From a bacterium (GTDB lineage Bacteria; Vulcanimicrobiota; Xenobia; Xenobiales; JADMJV01): DNA of 64,000 bases. Below the pieces are notes generated by a model, which worked only from the letters and a program-made list of their open reading frames with translations, had not been told where the DNA came from and searched no databases. Numbering within the stretch: the stretch's first letter is position 1; every line of letters starts with the position of its first letter. The stretch is from positions 1-64,000 of the forward strand of contig JADMJV010000021.1 in NCBI GenBank assembly GCA_018780265.1. Direction: 5' to 3'. The position numbers and the translations under genes are program-made. Positions 1 through 9,242 of this stretch are shown here, one piece after another.

Positions 1-78
1 GATCTTTGCCGCGTAAACCTATGCATTATACGATCCGCGGAGTGTCAGACTAGCTGGCTGCGCTGGCTGCTGGTCGGT

Positions 79-549
79 GTGCTCTTTTGGAATGGCCCTG
101 CCCGGGCTGGCTCCGGACCGCCCGAACTGTTCCCAGAGGAATTTCCCAATCCCCCAGCACCTCCCGATGTGCAGACCGTGCAGGCCAGTGAGGACCGAAT
201 CCGCTCCGGCCAACTTCTCACCAGCGGGGGCCACCTTACCTCCTCCAACGGACGCTTTCAGTTTTTCGTCCAGGACGACGGAAACTGCGTCATCTATCGA
301 CTCTCCCCAAACCAGCGTCAGGCTCTGTGGAGCACCAATACCCGAGGCCAAAACTGCCGCCTGGCCCTCGACGCTCAGGGCCTTCTGCGACTCACGGACT
401 CCAGTGGCAGCACCCTGTGGCAGGCCGGCTCCAGCAAAGGTCCCGGGCAATACTACTTGCAGATGCAGGAGGACGGAAATCTGGTGCTCTACTTGCAGCA
501 AGGTCAATTGCTTACGCCCGAGTGGGCGTCGCAGAGCAGCCAAAAGTAA
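79..549 (+). CDS. Bulb-type (GNA-like, B-type) mannose-binding lectin domain protein. The 5' end is uncertain: the frame stays open to the window edge and the upstream residues look like a signal peptide.
   Basis: Two intact QxDxNxVxY lectin motifs ('QDDGNCVIY', 'QEDGNLVLY') with typical spacing. The annotated start is GTG. No in-frame stop lies between nt 1 and 79, and the upstream translation '...WLRWLLVGVLFWNGPARA' resembles a signal-peptide h-region with an AxA cleavage site. Confidence 0.6.
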   Translation: MLFWNGPARAGSGPPELFPEEFPNPPAPPDVQTVQASEDRIRSGQLLTSGGHLTSSNGRFQFFVQDDGNCVIYRLSPNQRQALWSTNTRGQNCRLALDAQGLLRLTDSSGSTLWQAGSSKGPGQYYLQMQEDGNLVLYLQQGQLLTPEWASQSSQK

Positions 550-650
550 AGGGTCACCCGGCCCCGCGGAGTCGGCTCCCCGGCAGCTTGCTATCCTTAA
601 ACGGTGGTTGGCTGGCGCACTTGAAGATCCGGCCTTGATGCGGCTCTGTT

Positions 651-1304
651 TCAGTGCGACTCGGGAAGCAGACGTAGGGTTAACCGGTCCAGCCACCCCT
701 GAAAAAACCGTGCAGTCTCCGTCACGTCCAGGCCCGGAACCTGGAAACGATCCCAATCGATCGACTGAAGAATCATCACCACACTTTCGGCGTTCACGCC
801 CCCGTCTTTCCGGTTTGCCAACTCGAGAGCCAGATCCGGGTCAAGGCCTCGCCTGGCCAGGAAATGCAGGTCAAAAAAGTCGCGAGGTTCGCTGCGACTT
901 ACAATGGCACAGACCTTGTTGACTGCAATCTCCTCTGGAGGGTCAATCCTCAATCCGTCGGAACGAGTGATCTTCGCTGGAAAAACCTGGGGAGCCAAAT
1001 CTTCCACAAAATCGACCAGGGTGGCCTCGTCCTGCCGCTGAATTCGATAGCGTCGGAAGTGAGGGGAGGTCACCAGCGCCACCGAAGTCAGACCCAACTT
1101 ATGGCAGCAATCATGAACCAGATCCGCCACTCTTTCAAAAGCCTCGTGACCGACAGTAAAGAGGTCGATGTCCTGGGTCGTCCTTGGAAGGCCGTAATAG
1201 CCACTCAAAGCACCACCACCCGTTAGAAAAAAATCCCCGGTTCGTTCAAACCAGGCGACCAGGAAATCGCTCTGCAGTGGAGAGAGCTTACTCGAGTCGT
1301 CCAT
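651..1304 (-). CDS. Nucleotidyltransferase of the AbiEii/AbiGii (DUF1814) toxin family (type IV toxin-antitoxin / abortive-infection-like).
   Basis: N-terminal 'FLTGGGALSGYYGLPRTTQDIDLF' matches the GGxAL...R.S.DIDxF nucleotidyltransferase signature of the AbiEii family. Length is about 217 aa. Confidence 0.55.
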   Translation of the reverse strand: MDDSSKLSPLQSDFLVAWFERTGDFFLTGGGALSGYYGLPRTTQDIDLFTVGHEAFERVADLVHDCCHKLGLTSVALVTSPHFRRYRIQRQDEATLVDFVEDLAPQVFPAKITRSDGLRIDPPEEIAVNKVCAIVSRSEPRDFFDLHFLARRGLDPDLALELANRKDGGVNAESVVMILQSIDWDRFQVPGLDVTETARFFQGWLDRLTLRLLPESH

Positions 1305-1587
1305 GTTTTCTCCAAACGCGCAGACAGTGCTCCCAGAAACTTCGTTTGCGGCCGAGATGGGGGGAAACTTTCGACCAATTCTGGGCCACCCAATCTGGCG
1401 TAAAGAAATGCCAGACGTCGCCTATGCGCGCTTCCCTTAAAATTCGCCCCGAGTATACCCAGCGCAAATATTCACCCTGCCCACCGGCCAGGATCCTCTT
1501 GAGTTGACCCAGAGTCATTTCTTCTGACCACAGAAAATAGGGACGAGCGTTATCGGCCGTCAGGTCGAGGGTGAGATCCGAATTCAT
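1288..1587 (-). CDS. Small hypothetical protein, putative cognate partner (antitoxin?) of the AbiEii-like gene; it overlaps the downstream gene by 17 nt.
   Basis: 99-aa ORF immediately upstream on the same strand with an overlapping stop/start. No recognisable motif, so the partner role is inferred from operon position only. Confidence 0.35.
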   Translation of the reverse strand: MNSDLTLDLTADNARPYFLWSEEMTLGQLKRILAGGQGEYLRWVYSGRILREARIGDVWHFFTPDWVAQNWSKVSPHLGRKRSFWEHCLRVWRKHGRLE

Positions 1588-2245
1588 TCAGCGATGACTT
1601 TCTCTGCTTTCATCCCGAGTCCCCTCATTCAGTCCGTCGCCTCAGGGGGAATCGGCTTCGCGAAGATGGTCGAGTAAGAGCAGGCGCCAGAGATAGGCGT
1701 GGGGGTCAGACTCGGCAGCGAGCGCCATTAGCGCTGGCAGAATTCCCGGCGGCTTCCACTGCTGCAAGAGTCTGTACCAGTGGACGCGTTGCCAGGGCTG
1801 AGAAAGGGTCAGGCCGCGCACCACCGCGTCCACGGCTCGGTTGGGGGCAGCAGGGGTAGCAACTGGCGGCACAAGTAGGCGCTGGCCAGTGGGGGTAAAT
1901 CCTGCGCAAGCAGGTTCGGCGCTTGCTGGCGAAGCCACCTTTGCCCCTCGGGCTGGCGCATTACGGGCGTCAGTTACGGGGCAGCCGTGGACTACCGAAT
2001 GGGTCGACTATATTTGGCGAAGGCTGAGATTGGCCGTGGCCTGGGCCTCTGTCCAAGCAGTGGAGGGATGGCGGCGTATCCGGGGCTATTGCTATGAGCG
2101 ACAATTCGACCGCACCCACGCAGTTGCGGATCTGCACAACGCCAGAAGCTCGTTTGAGAAGGTCATGGAATTGCAGCCCGGCCACCCGGTCGCCCGAATG
2201 TCACTGGAACGGTTGGCCACCAAGGGTCGCTGAGTTGGCGGTGGA

Positions 2246-2953
2246 CTACTCTTGCTCAGTCAGTTTCTGGATTTCGGTGGTAAAGGGGCCCAGATCTTGG
2301 TAGCCGGTCCAGGTCTTGAGCACTTTGCCTTTGGGGCCCAGCAAAATGGTGTAGGGGATTTTGTCGCCGTTGAAATAGCCGATGAAGTTTTTGTAGTTGG
2401 CAGATCGGGGTTGGTTGCAGTCTACGTAGATGACGGGGACGATCTCGCGCAGGTCCACCTGCACAACCACCGGCTTGAAGAGCTTGGAAGCGGGGGCCCA
2501 ATCGGCCCCGTAAAAGATCAGATGGCACTTTTTGGGATCGTAGCCGGTGTGCGCTTTGGGAATCAAGTTGAAGTCGATGGTACCGGCCTCGGGGTGGCGC
2601 ACCAGTCGCCCGCCGAGCAGGCCGGCCAGGTCCGACAGGTGCACCAATTTGCGCTCGGAGTCGTGGCGGTAGGCCACCTCTTTGCCGACTACATAGAGTT
2701 TCTTGGTGTGACCGGCCAGCACCGGAGTGGAGTCCCCCGGCTTCACTTTGACCACCCAGTTTCCTTCGATCTCCTCCAGGCTGTAACCCAGCACCCGGCT
2801 GAACTCCTGGATGTCTACCTCCAGGGATTTGACGTCGTGGGCCGAGCCGGTCAGATAACCATGGTACATCTTGTTGCGGACATAGAGTCGGTCGGCCCAG
2901 GCGGTCGAACTGAGGGCGGCCAGCAAAAGCCAAGCCAGGAACTGTTTTTGCAC
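2246..2953 (-). CDS. Secreted thioredoxin-like fold protein (TlpA/ResA-like) with a degenerate active site.
   Basis: Signal peptide 'MQKQFLAWLLLAALSSTAWA'. The TlpA-like core 'HLIFYGADWAPAS...IPYTILLGPKGKV' has APAS where CxxC is expected. Confidence 0.45.
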   Translation of the reverse strand: MQKQFLAWLLLAALSSTAWADRLYVRNKMYHGYLTGSAHDVKSLEVDIQEFSRVLGYSLEEIEGNWVVKVKPGDSTPVLAGHTKKLYVVGKEVAYRHDSERKLVHLSDLAGLLGGRLVRHPEAGTIDFNLIPKAHTGYDPKKCHLIFYGADWAPASKLFKPVVVQVDLREIVPVIYVDCNQPRSANYKNFIGYFNGDKIPYTILLGPKGKVLKTWTGYQDLGPFTTEIQKLTEQE

Positions 2954-2967
2954 GGGAGATCCTTTCC

Positions 2968-3504
2968 TTACGGGGCTATGATTCGCTGACGCGACTTGGG
3001 ATCCATATAGGACCAGAGGGCTTCGAAGGCGCCCTGGCGGATTTCCGCTGGAAGGCCTTCAAAAATGGTTCGCTGGGTGGCGTCCAGATGGGCTGCCTCG
3101 TAGACCCGAAAGCGCTGCAATTTAGAGAGTTTGGCCCATTGTGGGGCGAGCACTTTCGAGGTGGATTCGGATTGAGTGCCCCACGGTTTTTCGATGTGGG
3201 CGTAGAGGGCCACCTGGACCCGTTTTTCAGGAGTCAGCACCCCCCACAAAGTGTTTAGCATATTTTGCTTGATTTCGTCAGGGACGGCATCCGAGAAGGT
3301 CTGGCGCATCTCGGGGGCCAGTTGGAAGGCGTCCAGCAAGAATTGCCGCTGTTCGGGCTCGAGGGTTTTCCACTGGGGCGGTGGCATCTGAGCCTGAGCC
3401 GAAGCGGCCATCATGCTAACCAGCAGCCCCGCAGTGCAGGCAAATCGCCGGCCGCTGCGGAACGCCCGCGCATATGATTTCAGACCCCACCTGTAAAGCA
3501 GCAT
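2968..3504 (-). CDS. Secreted hypothetical protein built from repeated ~25-aa helical motifs (DUF3106-like).
   Basis: Signal-like N-terminus '...LLVSMMAASAQAQ'. Recurring 'L.PE.RQ...W..L.P' motifs appear at least 4 times. Confidence 0.4.
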   Translation of the reverse strand: MLLYRWGLKSYARAFRSGRRFACTAGLLVSMMAASAQAQMPPPQWKTLEPEQRQFLLDAFQLAPEMRQTFSDAVPDEIKQNMLNTLWGVLTPEKRVQVALYAHIEKPWGTQSESTSKVLAPQWAKLSKLQRFRVYEAAHLDATQRTIFEGLPAEIRQGAFEALWSYMDPKSRQRIIAP

Positions 3505-4814
3505 GCGAGTTTATTCGTCACCATCTGGAAGCAGACCCTGCCGGAACTCGTCAGGAATACGCCGAAATCCAGACGGAACTCAGCAAACGGGGGATCGTCT
3601 ATGAAGGCAAGCCCTTGCCTATTTGCATCGCTCCCGCTTTGTTTCACCTGGCTCAAATCAAGCCGATTCAAAACCAGATGCGCCGTCTGGTACGGGTGTT
3701 GGCCAAGATCGAGGCTCCGCTGCGCGAGACCGCCTGGCTGGATCGACTGGGCATCCATCGCAGCGAGCAGCAGTTGATCCAGTGGCCCACCCGGCTCAAG
3801 CCGGGCGGATATATCTCGCGTGTGGACGGATTTGTGGAATACCAGTCGGACGGTAGCCTGGGCTATCAGATTGTCGAGTTGAACGTGGATAGTCCGGGCG
3901 GGGCGGCCTTTATGGACGAGTCCTTTCGGTTGGTGCGCAGGACTTCTCTGTGGAAGCAATTTGTCAAGAAGTTTCCGGGTCGCTATATGGATACCGACTC
4001 GCGCGACCTCCCCTTGCTTTTGAAAGCCTGGGAGGATTGGGGAGGCAAACATAAGCCTCGCATTGCGGTGATCGATTGGATTACGGTCAATACCGCCAGT
4101 GAGTTTGAACTGCTCAAGCAGCGCTACAACCGACTGGGCTACGAAACCATTATTTGCGACCCACGCGAATTGGAATACCGTGACGGTAAATTGGTCGACT
4201 ACGATGGCCAGACCATCGACCTGGTGTATCGGCGCGTTTTGGTGGAGGATTTGCTGGCTCACGCCGAGGCAGCTCGCCCCTTTTTGCACGCCTATATGGA
4301 GGAAGCGGTTTGCGTGGTTAACTCGTTTGCCTGTAAGCCGCTGACCGTCAAGAGTCTGCTTTCCTGGGTTCATCGCAGCGAGTTTGAGAGTCTGCTCAAT
4401 TCCTCGGACCTGGCCTTCTTGCGATCTCTGGTTCCCTGGACCGCGGATGTGGTGGACGGGCCTATCCTGGAACGTCTGCGTCGCGACAGAGAACAGTTGA
4501 TTTTGAAGCCGGCCGACGGCTATGGCGGTCAAGGACTTTACCTGGGTTGGGAACTGGATGAACAGGCTTGGGAGCGCGGCATCGAGGAGGCTCTGCGGGA
4601 ACGCTACGTGGCCCAGCAGAGGGTGCACATTCCGCACTCAGAGTTTCCGGTGCCGCAGGAGCAAGGGTGGACCTTTGAGTCTTTCCGTATGGACTTTGAT
4701 CCCTACATGTTCGGTGCGGCCATGGCCGATCCGTTGGTGCGGGTGGCCCAGAGCGACATTCTCAATGTGAAAGCGGGGGCCCAGATAGCGGCCACCTGGG
4801 TACTCGATGAGTGA
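3474..4814 (+). CDS. ATP-grasp family amidoligase (glutathionylspermidine-synthase-like / circularly permuted ATP-grasp).
   Basis: 446 aa. C-terminal 'KPADGYGGQGLYLGWEL' and the overall layout resemble Gsp-synthase-type ATP-grasp proteins. Its stop overlaps the downstream start (GTGA). Confidence 0.5.
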   Translation: MISDPTCKAACEFIRHHLEADPAGTRQEYAEIQTELSKRGIVYEGKPLPICIAPALFHLAQIKPIQNQMRRLVRVLAKIEAPLRETAWLDRLGIHRSEQQLIQWPTRLKPGGYISRVDGFVEYQSDGSLGYQIVELNVDSPGGAAFMDESFRLVRRTSLWKQFVKKFPGRYMDTDSRDLPLLLKAWEDWGGKHKPRIAVIDWITVNTASEFELLKQRYNRLGYETIICDPRELEYRDGKLVDYDGQTIDLVYRRVLVEDLLAHAEAARPFLHAYMEEAVCVVNSFACKPLTVKSLLSWVHRSEFESLLNSSDLAFLRSLVPWTADVVDGPILERLRRDREQLILKPADGYGGQGLYLGWELDEQAWERGIEEALRERYVAQQRVHIPHSEFPVPQEQGWTFESFRMDFDPYMFGAAMADPLVRVAQSDILNVKAGAQIAATWVLDE

Positions 4815-5758
4815 AGTGGGCACAACTGCTCTTATTGTTTTGGCTCAGCGCAATCGGCTGGACCCAGCAACCGGCGGACGGGTTTGACCCTGCCAAAACC
4901 TGGGTGTTCGTAGTAGGGGTGTTGGAATGGCAGCGTTCTGATGTGTATCCCTCGTTTCCAAAGAGCAACCGGCGAGATACCCGCCTGGCTCTGGCCTATG
5001 GCAAATTGGGTGTGCCCTCGGGACAGATTTTTCTATTGCTGGATCGGGCCGCGACCGGACAGAACATCCACACCAGTTTTATGGAGATCCTGGCCAAGTC
5101 CCGGCCGGGGGACACCTTGATTCTCTATTATGCCGGTCACGGCTATCGCCAGGAGTCGGACCAGACTTTTTGGATGGTGCCCTATGATGGCTATGATGTG
5201 GACACCCTGTGGGGCTTGAAGGGGATCGAGAAAGACATCCGAGCTCACTTCAAGGGATCGCGGGTGTTGCTCTCGGCGGACTGTTGCCATTCAGGCTGTA
5301 TGTGGTTGGTGGTCGGCCGCAATGAAAGCGACATGGGGTTTTTGGCTTTGACTTCCTCCACTGCGCGGCTGAGCAGCACGGGCAACTGGACCTTTACTGA
5401 CTGTCTTCTCGATGCTCTGGGTGGAGACCCGCGCTGCGACGGCGACCAGGACGGCGTCATCACCCTGGGTGAGGTGGCCCGTCAGGTGGAGAAGGATATG
5501 CAGTTTGCGGAAGGCCAGCAGGCGGGAGGGACCGGTTCTGCAAGATTTCCCCTGGAGACTCGCTGGGTCAAGACCACTCACCCTTTGCGCTCCGGAGAGG
5601 GTCAGTTTGTGAGCGTTTTTGCCGATGGAGCTTATTGGAAAGCGCGAGTGGTAGAGCGGGGGGGGCAGGGGGTGCTTGTCCACTGGATGGGCCTGGCGCA
5701 GGATTACCCTGACGATTGGGTGTCTCCCTCGCGCGTCACTCCATGGGCGGGTCCGTAG
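4811..5758 (+). CDS. Secreted caspase-like cysteine peptidase (C14 family / metacaspase-like) with a C-terminal Tudor/SH3-like barrel domain.
   Basis: Signal peptide 'MKWAQLLLLFWLSAIGW'. Catalytic His 'LILYYAGHGY' and Cys 'SADCCHSG' motifs are present. C-terminal 'FVSVFADGAYWKARVVE...VLVHWMG' has an aromatic-cage-like pattern. Confidence 0.65.
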   Translation: MKWAQLLLLFWLSAIGWTQQPADGFDPAKTWVFVVGVLEWQRSDVYPSFPKSNRRDTRLALAYGKLGVPSGQIFLLLDRAATGQNIHTSFMEILAKSRPGDTLILYYAGHGYRQESDQTFWMVPYDGYDVDTLWGLKGIEKDIRAHFKGSRVLLSADCCHSGCMWLVVGRNESDMGFLALTSSTARLSSTGNWTFTDCLLDALGGDPRCDGDQDGVITLGEVARQVEKDMQFAEGQQAGGTGSARFPLETRWVKTTHPLRSGEGQFVSVFADGAYWKARVVERGGQGVLVHWMGLAQDYPDDWVSPSRVTPWAGP

Positions 5759-5835
5759 GGGCCTTTTGTGGCATTTTTCCTGCTTGCGCTTTTGTCAAGA
5801 GGGTTTCGCCTTTGGGGGCGGAAATCAGGCCGGCT

Positions 5836-6165
5836 ATGAAAACCATTGTTCGTTTGCTATTGGCCCTATCGCTGTTCGGATCGGCTCAGGCCGAATCCAT
5901 CCTGGACTGGATTTTCCCCCCCACCCGGATTGGCGGCACGGTGGGGTATGTTCAAACCAATCACTTTATGCTGGTCTCGCCGGACAATCAGTATCTGCGG
6001 GTGTTCTTGAAGCCCGGCCAGATTATGCCCAGTACTGTCGTTCCTGGAATGTATGTTACCGGCACTGTGACCGAGAACGAACAGCAGATGGTGATTCTCG
6101 AAACCCTGGATGGGGTTCTGTCTCCCAGCGGAGAACTGGTTCCGCTGACAGCGCCCAACCAGTAG
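5836..6165 (+). CDS. Small secreted hypothetical protein.
   Basis: ATG at 5836 begins 'MKTIVRLLLALSLFGSAQA' (signal peptide). The longer ORF from 5716 has no better start. Confidence 0.4.
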   Translation: MKTIVRLLLALSLFGSAQAESILDWIFPPTRIGGTVGYVQTNHFMLVSPDNQYLRVFLKPGQIMPSTVVPGMYVTGTVTENEQQMVILETLDGVLSPSGELVPLTAPNQ

Positions 6166-6186
6166 TAAGGCGGAGGTCCACACGAT

Positions 6187-7212
6187 ATGTCCACCTGGAA
6201 ACACACTCTGGCGCTGGGGTTGGCGATAAGCCCCTGGAGTTGGGCCGACCCGAAGCTCTCCGTTGACCTGAAAAAGGGCAGCGACAAGGTGGAAATTCGA
6301 TTTTCACAATCGGCTCCTTTCGAGACGGTTACCCAAAAGTGGCGGGAGAATCCTCATCGCCTGGAAATTACCGTTCCCAAGGTGGAATGGTCTGGCAAGG
6401 CTTCTAGCAATATTGACAAGGGCGTGCTGCAACGGGTTGAAATGAAACAGGGTCAAGGTTCGGTCACGGTGACCGTGCTTTCGTTGCAGAATCCTAAAAT
6501 GAGCTGGGTGAGCAGCGCCGACAGGAAGACCTGGACCTTGCGCATCGCCACCACTGAGATGGCAGCGTCTGCTGAACCGCCTCGTCTTCCCAACGCGGCC
6601 GCGGTCTCGGCTGCGCCCAAGTCTTTTGCTGACCTGGCCGTACAGACTTCCGGTAAGCCTGTGAGCGCCCCCCCACCCGTGCGGGTGCGACCCCCGGCGA
6701 CTCCGCCTTCGACCTCTAACGGAGTCGAGCAAAAACTGATCACCCTCAATCTGCAAAACAGAGATCTGCCTACGGCCATTCGAGAAATGGCGCGGGCGGC
6801 TGGTTTGGAAGCGGATATTGGCCCCGGCGTAGAGGGAAGCGTAACGGCATCGTTCACAGATACCCCTCTGGCTCGGGCTTTGACCAGCGTTTTGGGCAAG
6901 CAGGCCAGGCTTTATGAGTTCAAGATTGTGAATCATCGACTGCGCGTTTTTGCGGACGCGGATTCGGCTGGGACCACGCTGGTTACCAGCGCCCCAACTC
7001 AGGCGGGGACGCCCCGGAGCGTGAATCTGGTCAGTGACTACTTTCCGATTGTGGCCGACAAGCCCGTCAGTGAATTGGCTCAGGCTGTGCGGCGGGCTGT
7101 CACGGACGTTGAAGTGATTCAGGACGACCGCCTCAATGTGCTTTTTGTGCGTGGGGATGCTGCCGATATCGAGAAGGTGCGAAACCTGCTTCAAAAGGTT
7201 CTCGCCAAGTAG
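6187..7212 (+). CDS. AMIN-domain protein with a secretin-N (STN/NolW-like) domain and no secretin pore domain.
   Basis: N-terminal 'RLEITVPKVEWSG...VTVTVLSLQNP' looks like an AMIN domain. C-terminal 'LITLNLQNRDLPTAIREMARAAGL...SVTASFTDTPLARAL' looks like a secretin-N/STN domain. Signal peptide-like start. Confidence 0.45.
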   Translation: MSTWKHTLALGLAISPWSWADPKLSVDLKKGSDKVEIRFSQSAPFETVTQKWRENPHRLEITVPKVEWSGKASSNIDKGVLQRVEMKQGQGSVTVTVLSLQNPKMSWVSSADRKTWTLRIATTEMAASAEPPRLPNAAAVSAAPKSFADLAVQTSGKPVSAPPPVRVRPPATPPSTSNGVEQKLITLNLQNRDLPTAIREMARAAGLEADIGPGVEGSVTASFTDTPLARALTSVLGKQARLYEFKIVNHRLRVFADADSAGTTLVTSAPTQAGTPRSVNLVSDYFPIVADKPVSELAQAVRRAVTDVEVIQDDRLNVLFVRGDAADIEKVRNLLQKVLAK

Positions 7213-7243
7213 GACCGATTCGGTCAAACGCGAAAGGCCGCAC

Positions 7244-9220
7244 ATGACGAAGCGCCGAACGAGTCCATCCAAATCAGCCGCTGCCCCCAGCACAGAGTCT
7301 CAGCCAGTGGCAACGCTGGAAGATTTGCGCCACCTGGAGAAAGAATTCCCAGACCGCGCCGATGTCCAGTTTGATTTGGGTGTCGCCCTTGCCCGCCAGG
7401 GAGAGCAGGGGAAGGCCGCCAAGCACTGGCGGCGAGTGGTGGATATTGACCCGGGTCATTCGGCGGCTCGCTACTTCCTGGGGATGTACTATCTGGGGCA
7501 GGGCAAATTTCGCCAGGCGGCAGATCAATATCGCAAGGCACTCGAGCACCGCCCCGATGACCCCTATGCCCACAACAATCTTGGACTGGTATACGCGCGA
7601 CAGGCCCAATACGGTAAGGCTATTGAGTGCTGGGAGCGGGCCCTGCAACTGTCGCCGGACTACTCGCAGGCTTACTACAATCTGGGGTTGATGTATTCGC
7701 GCCTGGGTCAGTTAGAGCAGGCGGAGTCCTATTATTTGACGGCCCTGCAACTCAATGCGGATGATGTCTATGCTCACAACAACCTGGGCCAGGTCTACGC
7801 TCGTCAGAATCGTCTTGATGAGGCCGAGGGGTGCTTTCGGCGGGCCCTTGAACTCGACCGCACCGACCTTTACGCCCACAATAATCTGGGCAAACTGATG
7901 GAGCGCACCGAGCGAGTCGACCAGGCGCGTCGCGAGTTTGAACTGGCTTTGCAGATCGATTCTGGGGATGCCTACGCCCGCAACAACCTGGGTCGTATCA
8001 TGGCCAAGCAGGGTGATCAGAGCGGGGCAGTCACGCAATTTCGCGCTGTCCTTGAGGAGCATCCCGAAGATGCCGTGGCCTATCACAATTTAGGGCGAGT
8101 TCACGCCCAGCAAGGAATGTGGCAAGAGGCGGTGGGGTACTATAGCCGCGCGTTGGAATTGTCCCCCCATGACTCCTATGCTCGCAATAACCTGGGTAGG
8201 GCTCTGCTCAGCCTGGGTAGGGTGGAAGAAGCGGAGCAGGAGTTTCGGCGCAGCCTGGTTGCCGACGACCGGGACAGTTACGCCCTCAATAATCTGGGAC
8301 TGTGTTTGATTCGGTCGGGCCGGATGGGGGAGGCCGTCGAGGTGCTGGTGAGAGCGGTCGAGGTCGACCCGGGAGATGTGCTGGCTCGCAACAATCTTGG
8401 CTTCTCGCTGTCTTCGTTGGGACGCTACGAGGAGGCCATGGAGCATTTTGCCTACGCGGTCTCGCAGGACGAGCGCGACGCCTACGCGCTGACGCATTGG
8501 GGTCTGGCCCTGTCTCAGACCGGGCGTCTAGAAGAAGCGGGTCAACGTTTTGAGGCAGCGGTGGCGGCCGATCATCGGGATGTCTACGCTCTCAATCATC
8601 TGGGTTTGACTCGATATCAACTGGGTGAGGTGGACTCCGCGTTGGCGGCTTTTGATCAGGCTTTGGCGGCTGAACCCTGCGACGGATACACTCTGAGCAA
8701 CCTCGGTTTGGTTTTGACGGCCCTGGAACGATTTGAAGAAGCTGCGGGCCGCTTTGAGGCCGCCCTTCAGGCTGACCCCCGAGACGTCTATTCGCGCAAC
8801 AATCTGGGCATTGTGCTGGCTCGCTTGCGCCGGTTTGATGATGCGGTTCAGCAGTTGCAACAGGCGCTGGAGCAAATGCCGGATTACGCCGAAGGTCACT
8901 TTAATCTCGCACTGGCCCACTACGAGTTGCGCGAGTATCCCACGGCGGTGGTGCATTTTGAGAAAGCCCTGCAACTGGAGCCCGACCTGCTGGCTGCACG
9001 GGGCAACCTGGCGTTGACTTTGGCCCATCTGGGCGAGGTGGAGCAGAGTCGCCAGCAGTTGGCTCGCGTCAGGCTTTTGGCGGAAGCGCAGGGACAGCCC
9101 AACTATGCTGACGAGCTTTCCCACGAGGTGGACTCGGTGCTGGCCGTTCCTGCCGGGAAAAAATCTGCTCCAGCAAGCGTAGCTCCGAAGAAAACCGGGA
9201 AGAAGCCAAAAAAGAAATAG
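7244..9220 (+). CDS. TPR-repeat protein (at least 15 tandem TPR units) with a Lys-rich C-terminal tail.
   Basis: Repeated 'A..NNLG.....G...EA...+..AL...P....A..NLG' 34-aa units throughout. The ATG at 7244 avoids overlap with the upstream gene. Tail is 'KKTGKKPKKK'. Confidence 0.8.
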   Translation: MTKRRTSPSKSAAAPSTESQPVATLEDLRHLEKEFPDRADVQFDLGVALARQGEQGKAAKHWRRVVDIDPGHSAARYFLGMYYLGQGKFRQAADQYRKALEHRPDDPYAHNNLGLVYARQAQYGKAIECWERALQLSPDYSQAYYNLGLMYSRLGQLEQAESYYLTALQLNADDVYAHNNLGQVYARQNRLDEAEGCFRRALELDRTDLYAHNNLGKLMERTERVDQARREFELALQIDSGDAYARNNLGRIMAKQGDQSGAVTQFRAVLEEHPEDAVAYHNLGRVHAQQGMWQEAVGYYSRALELSPHDSYARNNLGRALLSLGRVEEAEQEFRRSLVADDRDSYALNNLGLCLIRSGRMGEAVEVLVRAVEVDPGDVLARNNLGFSLSSLGRYEEAMEHFAYAVSQDERDAYALTHWGLALSQTGRLEEAGQRFEAAVAADHRDVYALNHLGLTRYQLGEVDSALAAFDQALAAEPCDGYTLSNLGLVLTALERFEEAAGRFEAALQADPRDVYSRNNLGIVLARLRRFDDAVQQLQQALEQMPDYAEGHFNLALAHYELREYPTAVVHFEKALQLEPDLLAARGNLALTLAHLGEVEQSRQQLARVRLLAEAQGQPNYADELSHEVDSVLAVPAGKKSAPASVAPKKTGKKPKKK

Positions 9221-9242
9221 CGCCGGGCACCGCTCGGCGGCG

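Noticed and set aside
1642-2233. Competing ORFs 1642-1938 (-) and 1841-2233 (+). The + frame ends with a TPR-like 'AVADLHNARSSFEKVMELQPGHPVARMSLERLATKG'.
   Set aside because: There is no ribosome-binding site, no clear start, and no motif decisive enough to choose a strand. The region is left unannotated. The + frame may be a TPR gene fragment with a non-ATG start upstream.
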